A DNA stretch of 55,050 nucleotides from Candidatus Gottesmanbacteria bacterium (GTDB lineage: Bacteria; Patescibacteriota; Microgenomatia; UBA10105; UBA927), in NCBI GenBank assembly GCA_903821745.1, contig CAIJMI010000005.1, forward strand, positions 1-55,050, written 5' to 3'. Below, piece by piece: positions 25,462-33,041 of the stretch. Every line of letters begins with the position of its first letter. Positions within the stretch are counted from its first letter, which is position 1. The position numbers were made by a program, and so were the translations under genes. The notes under the pieces are model-generated. The model saw nothing but the letters and a program-made list of their open reading frames with translations. It did not search any database and was not told the origin of the DNA.

Positions 25462-28308
25462 ATGTCTCAACTTACAGTGACCAATGGTGAAAAGACAGCA
25501 ATACCTGAATGGGAACACGATGTGCTTTCCTTTTGGGATGAACATCATACGTTTGAAGAATCCATTTCTTCACGACCTGAAGGAAAACGATATGTTTTTT
25601 ATGATGGTCCTCCGTTTGCCACAGGACTTCCGCATTACGGACACATTTTAGCATCAACGATTAAAGATGTGATCCCTCGATATTTTACGATGAAAGGGTA
25701 TCGTGTTGACCGAGTATGGGGATGGGATTGTCACGGAGTACCAATTGAGAACATGATTGAAAAAGAATTGGGACTAACGGGCGGAAAAAAGGGTATTGAA
25801 GCGTTAGGGATTGGTAAATTTAATGATGCATGTCGTGATGCAATTTTACGGTTTGATAAAGAATGGGAAAAAGTGGTCAGACGTATCGGCAGATGGGTAG
25901 ACTTCAAACATTCCTATAAAACCATGGATAAAACCTACATGGAATCCGTATGGTGGGCATTTAAGTCATTGTGGGACAAAGGACTTGTCTATGAAGGAAA
26001 AAAAGTTATTTTATATTGTCCACGATGTGCAACACCGCTTTCCAATTTTGAAATAGCCATGGACAATAGTTATAAAGATATAACAGAACCATCAACCACA
26101 TATAAATTTAAGGTTGCAGGCGCAAACGATACGTATCTTCTGGCCTGGTCAACAACCCCATGGAATAAACTGGTGACTACAGGACTTGCAGTGAATCCAA
26201 ATCTTACGTATGTATATGTCAAACAGGGTAAAGAAACCTATATTTTGGTAGAGACCAGGCTTTCGATGTTAATGGACACCCCGTATGAAATTGTCAAAAA
26301 AGTGATGGGGTCAGATCTTCACGGTATGAGTTATGAACCGTTATATGATTTCTACCCTGATCGAACGCCCGATGAGCAGGCATTTATAGTCGTTGCCGAT
26401 GAGTATGTTACTGCGACAGAGGGAACAGGTATCGTGACGTTGGCTGCCTACGGAGAAGAAGATTTTCGGGTAATGAAAAAACATCATTTGCAACTGCAGC
26501 AACATGTGGACAGTGAAGGAAAATTGAAAAAAGAGGTAACACCCTGGGCGGGGATGTATATATTAAAAGCAAATGCGGCAATTGATGCAGATTTAAATAC
26601 CCGGGGGCTTATCTATAAGGAAGAACCGATTACGCATAGTGTGCCGGTGTGTTATCGATGTGAAACACGGTTGTACTATGCACCAGTTCCCGCATGGTTT
26701 ATCGATGTACAAAAAATAAAACCAGAGTTGATTGCACAGAACAAGAATATTAACTGGTACCCCGGGTATTTAAAGGAGGGGAGATTTGGAAAAGGATTGG
26801 AGCAGGCGCCGGATTGGAATGTGTCACGGAGCAGATATTGGGGGACACCAATGCCGATATGGGTGCATGAAAATGAAGACGGCACAGTAACGCGGCGCAT
26901 TATTGAATCAATTGAAGAGCTGCAGCAATGGGCAGTTGATAAAGAACAAGTCAAAGATATTACGAATATTCACAGACAATATTTGGATGATATCGAATTG
27001 TGGGTTGATGAGAAAAAAACAGTGAAAGGGAAACGTATCCCCGAGGTGTTTGATTGTTGGGTGGAATCAGGAAGTATGCCGTATGCGTCCATTCATTATC
27101 CATTTGAACACAAAGAACAGTTTGAAAAATCTCATCCGGCACAATTTATTTCAGAATATATTGCGCAAACACGGGCATGGTTTTACACCTTGCATGTGAT
27201 GTCCGTCGGATTATTCGGATCTCACACATTTGAAAATGCCGTAACAACCGGAACTATTCTTGCAGAAGACGGCGCCAAAATGAGTAAGTCTAAAAATAAT
27301 TTTCCTGATTCGTCAATTGTATTTGAAAAATATGGCGTTGATGCCTTGCGATTTTATCTCATGAGTTCCGTGGTAATGAAAGCAGAGAACGTCAACTTTT
27401 CAGAAAATGGCGTAAAGGAAGTGTATCAAAAAATTATTAACATTTTGTGGAATGTCTTTAGTTTCTATCATCTATATAATGTGGAAAGGAAAGAGATAAT
27501 GGATCCAAAACCAGAGCATGTTTTGGATCGGTGGATCGTGAGTAAAACAAATTCACTCATTCGAGATGTCACAACGTCGCTTGATAGCTATGACACTGTT
27601 GTTGCGTGTCGACTTATTGGAGAATATGTTGATGACCTTTCAACATGGTATTTGCGGCGAAGTCGGGATAGGATCCGTCAGGATGAACATGCCCGAAATA
27701 TATGCGGGTGGGCCATTCGAGAACTTGTTAAAGTTATGGCGCCAATTACGCCGTTTATTACGGAACGCATTTATCAAAATCTCGTCATAGGTGATGAGTC
27801 AATTCATCTTGCGTCATGGTCATCATTTGATGGGTCACAAATTGATGAAAATCTTGAAAAGGCTATGGTAAACGTGCGGACAATCGTTGAAAAAATCCAT
27901 GCAAAGCGAAAAGAAAGTGCTATTGCAGTTCGGCAACCTTTGCAAAAAGCAACAATTTTCGGTAAATCAATTCAACTCGTTGATGAATTAATTTCTGTTG
28001 TTTTGGAAGAAACAAATATTAAGGTGCTTAAGATTATTGATCAAGATGTTGATGAAATAACAGTGTCATTAGACATAAAGCTCACACCTGAGCTTATTGA
28101 TGAAGGGAAAATGCGGGATGTAATTCGAAAAATTCAAGGATTACGGAAAGACAAAAAATGCGCGGTTACCGACAAAATTGTTGTGCAACTACCGGAAACA
28201 TATAAGACGCTGCCGACGGAATTTCTTGAAAAGATAAAATCAGAAACAATAGCAAAGGAAATTGTATGGGCAGAAACACTCGATATAACGACAGTGTCAC
28301 AGTCATAA
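25462..28308 (+). CDS. ileS: isoleucine--tRNA ligase, eukaryote-like type 2
   Basis: AAGGAGG (25444-25450) upstream of ATG 25462. YDGPPFATGLPHYGHIL (HIGH region), WDCHGVPIE, KMSKS (GAKMSKSKNN), 948 aa. The track's 25324 start reads through the T-box leader. Confidence 0.93.
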   Translation: MSQLTVTNGEKTAIPEWEHDVLSFWDEHHTFEESISSRPEGKRYVFYDGPPFATGLPHYGHILASTIKDVIPRYFTMKGYRVDRVWGWDCHGVPIENMIEKELGLTGGKKGIEALGIGKFNDACRDAILRFDKEWEKVVRRIGRWVDFKHSYKTMDKTYMESVWWAFKSLWDKGLVYEGKKVILYCPRCATPLSNFEIAMDNSYKDITEPSTTYKFKVAGANDTYLLAWSTTPWNKLVTTGLAVNPNLTYVYVKQGKETYILVETRLSMLMDTPYEIVKKVMGSDLHGMSYEPLYDFYPDRTPDEQAFIVVADEYVTATEGTGIVTLAAYGEEDFRVMKKHHLQLQQHVDSEGKLKKEVTPWAGMYILKANAAIDADLNTRGLIYKEEPITHSVPVCYRCETRLYYAPVPAWFIDVQKIKPELIAQNKNINWYPGYLKEGRFGKGLEQAPDWNVSRSRYWGTPMPIWVHENEDGTVTRRIIESIEELQQWAVDKEQVKDITNIHRQYLDDIELWVDEKKTVKGKRIPEVFDCWVESGSMPYASIHYPFEHKEQFEKSHPAQFISEYIAQTRAWFYTLHVMSVGLFGSHTFENAVTTGTILAEDGAKMSKSKNNFPDSSIVFEKYGVDALRFYLMSSVVMKAENVNFSENGVKEVYQKIINILWNVFSFYHLYNVERKEIMDPKPEHVLDRWIVSKTNSLIRDVTTSLDSYDTVVACRLIGEYVDDLSTWYLRRSRDRIRQDEHARNICGWAIRELVKVMAPITPFITERIYQNLVIGDESIHLASWSSFDGSQIDENLEKAMVNVRTIVEKIHAKRKESAIAVRQPLQKATIFGKSIQLVDELISVVLEETNIKVLKIIDQDVDEITVSLDIKLTPELIDEGKMRDVIRKIQGLRKDKKCAVTDKIVVQLPETYKTLPTEFLEKIKSETIAKEIVWAETLDITTVSQS

Positions 28309-29318
28309 CACTCATTCTCTTGTCTTCGTTTGGATTATTTTTACTCCTAACGATAAACAACGCGTTGTTTTGGCAGCAACTTTTGTTTGTTGGCATTGGC
28401 ATCGGGTTATTCTTTTTTATCTCTCGAATCGATGTAGTGATTTTTAAATGGTTTGTACCATTTGGGTATGTACTCGGGAATCTGTTTTTGTTGTCCTCCT
28501 ATATTGGACCTGCAATTCGGGGAGCAAAACGGTGGATTGTGATTGGTGGATCTCAAATACAACCATCAGAGCTCGTGAAACCGCTCATGTTGTTTATTTT
28601 CTCCTACTTAATTACGAAATATCCACCAAAACATGCTCGAGCGATACTGTTTCATGTGGTATTATTTGTCATTCCCTTTTTTATCATTTTTCGTCAGCCG
28701 GATTTAGGAACGAGTTTGGTCTATGCAGCGATGTGGCTTGCTATGATGGTGATGGGAGGTCTTCCATTACCGTTAGTGTTCGGGAGTCTTGGTATTGGTA
28801 TTGTTGGTTTACCGCTCATATGGCGATTACTTGCTGAGTATCAACGGTCTCGTATTTATACGTTCATTAATCCGTTGAGTGATCCAAAAGGCGCCGGATA
28901 TAATGCCATTCAGGCAATGATTGCTGTTGGCAGCGGTGAGTTTTTTGGGCGCGGATTGGGATTGGGCACGCAAAGTCATTTACGGTTTCTTCCAGAGTAT
29001 TTTACGGATTTTATGTTCGCAACGCTTGTTGAAGAGCTTGGCTTCATTGGGGGAGCGCTTCTTTTAGGCTTATATGGGGTGTTATTATGGCGACTGTTGT
29101 ATCCGATGATTCATGGCAAGATCCACGGTCGGCTACCTGTCATTTATACCGTTGGGTTATTTATGATGCTTCTGACCCAAATTGTGGTTAATTGTGGCAT
29201 GAATATGGGGATTTTGCCAGTTACCGGGATTACCCTTCCGCTCGTTTCCTATGGAGGCAGCTCGTTGCTGTCGATAGCCATTTCATTCGGTATCCTTTGG
29301 GCAATTGCATTTGAATGA
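28266..29318 (+). CDS. rodA: SEDS-family peptidoglycan glycosyltransferase RodA-like
   Basis: QPSELVKP, QPDLGTS, LPEYFTDFMFATLVEELG and PLVSYGGSS. The start overlaps the ileS 3' end by 43 nt. Confidence 0.8.
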   Translation: MGRNTRYNDSVTVITLILLSSFGLFLLLTINNALFWQQLLFVGIGIGLFFFISRIDVVIFKWFVPFGYVLGNLFLLSSYIGPAIRGAKRWIVIGGSQIQPSELVKPLMLFIFSYLITKYPPKHARAILFHVVLFVIPFFIIFRQPDLGTSLVYAAMWLAMMVMGGLPLPLVFGSLGIGIVGLPLIWRLLAEYQRSRIYTFINPLSDPKGAGYNAIQAMIAVGSGEFFGRGLGLGTQSHLRFLPEYFTDFMFATLVEELGFIGGALLLGLYGVLLWRLLYPMIHGKIHGRLPVIYTVGLFMMLLTQIVVNCGMNMGILPVTGITLPLVSYGGSSLLSIAISFGILWAIAFE

Positions 29319-29340
29319 CGAGGCTGGTACAATATCACTC

Positions 29341-29649
29341 ATGTTTGCAGTCGTTGAGATATCAGGAAAACAATATATAGCAACTTCCGGAGAATCCATC
29401 GTTGTTGACGCAATTGATGGCCAAGTGGGTGAAACGGTGACATTTGACCGTGTTTTTCTCGTATCTGGAGAGAAAAAGATTGAGGTAGGCACACCAGTCG
29501 TAAAAGGCGCCAAAGTAACAGCAAAAATTTTAGAACAAGGAAAAGGTGAAAAATTAGATGTAAAACGATATAAGCAAAAGGTGCGATATCGAAAACACAT
29601 TGGTTTTAGAGCTCACGAGACAAAACTGGAAATAGTCTCAATTGGATAA
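29341..29649 (+). CDS. rplU: 50S ribosomal protein L21
   Basis: MFAVVEISGKQY... and KVRYRKHIGFR, typical of L21. In-frame ATG 29341 chosen. Confidence 0.9.
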   Translation: MFAVVEISGKQYIATSGESIVVDAIDGQVGETVTFDRVFLVSGEKKIEVGTPVVKGAKVTAKILEQGKGEKLDVKRYKQKVRYRKHIGFRAHETKLEIVSIG

Positions 29650-29654
29650 AATTC

Positions 29655-30812
29655 ATGACTTCACGATTATTCTTTTTCGGGCGAACCCCCGAATTATCAC
29701 TTTTTGAGCTTCAGGTTTTTGCTCCACAAGCAGTCATGTTGACTGATACGATTGCACGAGTTGAGGAAGACGTGATCGTTGATGGAACAGTTGCAACGGA
29801 CGAAACACTCATGAATCTTTTAGGTGGAACGATAAAAATTGCTTCGTATTGCGCTACGGTGTCTGAGTTAAATTCAACAGAATTAGTAAAATGGGTGAGA
29901 AGCGCAGATGCAGAAAAACGGATTACGTTTGGACTGAGCGGATACGGCGTAACAATCTCAATAATTAAACAATTAGTAGCAGAAATAAAAGATCTGTTTA
30001 CTTCGTCACATATCAGTGCGCGGTTTGTGCTTCCTCAGGATGGAAACGTTATCTCAGCTGTTGCAATTGAAAAAGATCATGTTGAGGAATTGGTGTTAAT
30101 TAAACATGAAGAAGAATTTATTATTGGAAAGACAACCTGTGTACAGCCATTTGAAAGTTGGAGCCGACGTGACTATGATCGGCCCCATGCAGATCCAAAA
30201 TCCGGGATGCTTCCACCAAAAGTCGCGCGAATGGTTGTTAATATTGCACTCGGCGCGGATAGCCGGGGCAAAACACTTCTTGATCCATTTTGTGGTATGG
30301 GAACCATTTTGGGTGAGGCTATGCTTCGCGGAGTCAATACACTGGGAAGTGATATTGATGAAGAGGTAGTCGTAAAAGCGAAAAAGAATATGTCATGGAT
30401 TATTCAGGAATATGATATGAAAACGAATGCGCGGGTGTTTGTTTCTGATGCTTCTCATGTTGCGCAGGAACTGGGAATCGTACGTATTGATGCTATTGCA
30501 ACAGATCCAATTATGGGAACACCAAGAATTGGAGAAGGAAAAATAACGGATCCAAAAGAAATTGCAAATATTGTAAAGGGCCTCGATAAATTATATATAG
30601 GATGTTTGAAACATTGGGGTTTAATCCTGAAGCCTGGTGGTGTCGTGGTGATAGCAATTCCATCCTTCACAGTTGCCGGTAGGGTCTATAGTGTGAAAAA
30701 AGCTGTTGACACGTGTGAAAACCTTGGATATACTAAGCACCTAGGTCCAATTGTCTACGGTAGACCGCACGCAATTGTTCAAAGAAATTTTTTTGTATTC
30801 ATAAAAAACTAA
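29655..30812 (+). CDS. Trm11/Trm-G10-like (UPF0020) SAM-dependent methyltransferase with an N-terminal RNA-binding-type domain
   Basis: RRDYDRPHADPKSGMLPPKVARMVVNIA, then motif I LLDPFCGMGTILGEA and a deviant motif IV ATDPIMG (canonical DPPYG). Confidence 0.65.
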   Translation: MTSRLFFFGRTPELSLFELQVFAPQAVMLTDTIARVEEDVIVDGTVATDETLMNLLGGTIKIASYCATVSELNSTELVKWVRSADAEKRITFGLSGYGVTISIIKQLVAEIKDLFTSSHISARFVLPQDGNVISAVAIEKDHVEELVLIKHEEEFIIGKTTCVQPFESWSRRDYDRPHADPKSGMLPPKVARMVVNIALGADSRGKTLLDPFCGMGTILGEAMLRGVNTLGSDIDEEVVVKAKKNMSWIIQEYDMKTNARVFVSDASHVAQELGIVRIDAIATDPIMGTPRIGEGKITDPKEIANIVKGLDKLYIGCLKHWGLILKPGGVVVIAIPSFTVAGRVYSVKKAVDTCENLGYTKHLGPIVYGRPHAIVQRNFFVFIKN

Positions 30813-30814
30813 CT

Positions 30815-31066
30815 ATGGCACACGTAAAAGCAGGCGGAGTTGCAAAAGGAAATAAAGATTCAGTATCCAAAAGGTTGGGTACGAAAATTTATGGTGGGCA
30901 AATTGCTCAGCCAGGCAATATTCTCATTCGGCAAAAAGGAACTAAAATTTATCCAGGGTTAAATGTAAAAATGGGGAACGATTTTACCATCGCGTCTCTC
31001 ATTAAAGGGGTAGTGCAATTCGGTGTAAAAAAAGGTAAAAAAATAGTTTCTGTCCTGCCCGCCTGA
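30815..31066 (+). CDS. rpmA: 50S ribosomal protein L27
   Basis: MAHVKAGGVAKGNKDSVSKRLG...RQKGTKIYPG. There is no N-terminal propeptide. Confidence 0.92.
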   Translation: MAHVKAGGVAKGNKDSVSKRLGTKIYGGQIAQPGNILIRQKGTKIYPGLNVKMGNDFTIASLIKGVVQFGVKKGKKIVSVLPA

Positions 31067-31076
31067 AAGGGTAGCA

Positions 31077-31889
31077 ATGGCTGATTCACAACAAATCTTG
31101 CATCTTGATATTGATTTAATTCAACCGAACCCCTTGCAACCTCGTGGACTTATTGCTCCTGAGGCGCTTGCAGATCTTGTATCCTCTATAAAAGAACATG
31201 GCATTATTGAACCTTTAGTTGTTGCTAAAACACCCGCTGGATATCAGATTATCGCTGGAGAAAGGCGTTGGAGAGCATCAAAACTTGCTGGACTTACCAC
31301 AGTTCCTGTGGTTATTAAAGAAACAACTGCAAAAGGCATGCTGGAGCTTGCAATCGTTGAAAACGTGCAACGCGAAGATCTTAATCCGATTGAACGCGCA
31401 CAAGCATTTCAGCGGTTAATTGAGGAGTTTGGTCTTACGGTAACGGAAATTGCAAAACGCGTTTCAAAAAGTGAATCCTACGTTTCTAATACGATGCGTC
31501 TTTTGGGGCTTCCTGATGCCATTAAGGATGGTCTTGTGTCCCAAGCGATATCAGAGGGTCATGCCCGTGCAATTGCTGGTTTAACGGACGTAAAACTCAT
31601 GGTAGAAGCGTATAAAACAATCCTTTCAGAAAATGCATCGGTGCGTCGTGCAGAAGATTTAGCAAGACGACTAAAAATGCAAAATGGTGGTCAGGAAAAA
31701 ACCACAAAAGTAGAACGCATTCATAGTGATGAACTGGATGGAATGGCAAAAGACATGGCAACAGCGGTCAATGGACTTGTAAAGATTACGCAATCAAAAG
31801 TTGAAGCGCGGCTTGTATTTGTTATTCGGGGAAATCTGGAAACAACGAGTATTATCCTCAAAAAGGTTCGAGAAAAGTTAGCTGCTTAA
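31077..31889 (+). CDS. parB: ParB/Spo0J chromosome-partitioning protein
   Basis: ParB N-terminal box (IQPNPLQPRG, IIAGERRWRASKLAG) and an HTH (TVTEIAKRVSKSESYVSNTMRLL). Confidence 0.85.
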   Translation: MADSQQILHLDIDLIQPNPLQPRGLIAPEALADLVSSIKEHGIIEPLVVAKTPAGYQIIAGERRWRASKLAGLTTVPVVIKETTAKGMLELAIVENVQREDLNPIERAQAFQRLIEEFGLTVTEIAKRVSKSESYVSNTMRLLGLPDAIKDGLVSQAISEGHARAIAGLTDVKLMVEAYKTILSENASVRRAEDLARRLKMQNGGQEKTTKVERIHSDELDGMAKDMATAVNGLVKITQSKVEARLVFVIRGNLETTSIILKKVREKLAA

Positions 31890-32458
31890 AATCCATATTG
31901 TGAATAATCCACTGGAGGAACAATCCAGAATTTATTTGTTGGCCAATAGCGAAATAATCCTTGCCCGACAAAATCAGTAAGCGCGATGGGACCAAATTCT
32001 CTGGAATCAGAACTATGGGAGCGATTGTCCCCACAAACAAAATAGGACCCTTCAGGGATAAGGATTTCATCGCCTTCCTTTAAGAAAAATTCACCTGTTG
32101 TGATGACATCACTTCCCAGGTAGGGTTCAGGTAATTCTTTTCCGTTAATGTAAAATTTGCTATTTTTCAAAACGAGGGTTTCTCCAGGAAGGCCAATGAC
32201 CCGTTTAATATAATCAATTTCCTTATTTGCAGGGGATTTAAAAATGACAACATCCCCGCGGTTTGGATTGTGGAATTTGTAGCCGATTTTGTTCGTGATA
32301 AGCAGTTCTTTGTCAACAAATGTCGGGAACATGGATGACCCAGTGATTTCCTGTGGAGAGAAGAGAAAAAGGTAAACCATAACAAGCATGGCAAGAAAAA
32401 CAACAATACCTTGCATAAAGTCAAAAAAAGAAGCAATCAACCGTTTGATAGTATTCAT
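31886..32458 (-). CDS. lepB: signal peptidase I
   Basis: N-terminal TM, catalytic Ser box GSSMFPTF, Lys box YIKRVIGLPGE, GDNRSHSSDSR. Confidence 0.9.
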   Translation of the reverse strand: MNTIKRLIASFFDFMQGIVVFLAMLVMVYLFLFSPQEITGSSMFPTFVDKELLITNKIGYKFHNPNRGDVVIFKSPANKEIDYIKRVIGLPGETLVLKNSKFYINGKELPEPYLGSDVITTGEFFLKEGDEILIPEGSYFVCGDNRSHSSDSREFGPIALTDFVGQGLFRYWPTNKFWIVPPVDYSQYGF

Positions 32459-32477
32459 AAATGTGAATCTATTTCTA

Positions 32478-32486
32478 TGATATAAT
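32478..32486 (+). promoter_or_regulatory. extended -10 promoter element upstream of tRNA-Val
   Basis: TGaTATAAT, ending 32 nt before the mature tRNA 5' end. Confidence 0.35.
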
Positions 32487-32518
32487 GTGTAGGTCTTTTC
32501 AACAAGAAGAAAAGAAAC

Positions 32519-32591
32519 GGGCGTATAGCTCAGCTGGTAGAGCGTTTCATTGACATTGAAAAGGTCTCAGGTTCGAGTCCTGATACGCCCA
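32519..32591 (+). tRNA. tRNA-Val (anticodon GAC)
   Basis: Hand-folded cloverleaf: acceptor GGGCGTA/TACGCCC, D arm GCTC-AGCTGGTA-GAGC, anticodon arm TTTCA-TTGACAT-TGAAA, T arm TCAGG-TTCGAGT-CCTGA, discriminator A. CCA is not encoded. Confidence 0.9.
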
Positions 32592-32742
32592 CTAATACAT
32601 TTGTTAAAAAGTTATTATACAAATTTTTTGTTAACGAAAATTTTGTTCTTATTAAGAAAACGGAGACTGAAAGCGATTTTATATAATGGCAATTTATGAA
32701 TGCAAGTATTGGACCGTTAGTCATCAACTCCTGGCATAAAGT

Positions 32743-32925
32743 ATGAATATTTTTGAATTAGATAGAGGATATAGACAAATAAAAGATGCAATTTTTTTAC
32801 ATAAATTGAATCAAAAGGCTAAAGAGGATAAAAATGAACCAACAAAATTACCTGTAGTTCAACAGGTAATACCTGAAGAATCCAAAGAAATATCAAAACA
32901 GGCTTACGGATTGACGTGGGATTAA
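32743..32925 (+). CDS. hypothetical 60-aa protein (weakly supported)
   Basis: The only ORF in a 450-nt AT-rich spacer. A TATAAT lies about 55 nt upstream, there is no SD, and I recognise no family. Confidence 0.25.
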   Translation: MNIFELDRGYRQIKDAIFLHKLNQKAKEDKNEPTKLPVVQQVIPEESKEISKQAYGLTWD

Positions 32926-33041
32926 CTTATAAATAAGTTATTCATGTGATGAAGTCAAGCATTATAGCTAAAAAACAGGCAGACTTCACAATTCTAACGC
33001 AAGTATGTGCTACAAATGAGAGAAAAGACAAAATAAGTAGT

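Noticed and set aside
26652-26667. parS-like half site (GTGAAACA) inside ileS
   Set aside because: Only the right half matches. By my count the 16-mer TTATCGATGTGAAACA matches the TGTTNCACGTGAAACA consensus at 11 of 15 specified positions, and the left arm is not palindromic.
32530-32727. 65-aa minus-strand ORF next to lepB
   Set aside because: It overlaps the tRNA-Val gene, and its sequence is the antisense of the tRNA plus AT-rich spacer.
32950-32988. Inverted repeat TGAAGTC...GACTTCA downstream of the large minus-strand gene, considered as a terminator
   Set aside because: The 7-bp stem has a 25-nt loop and no adjacent T-run on either strand, so it is not a convincing intrinsic terminator.
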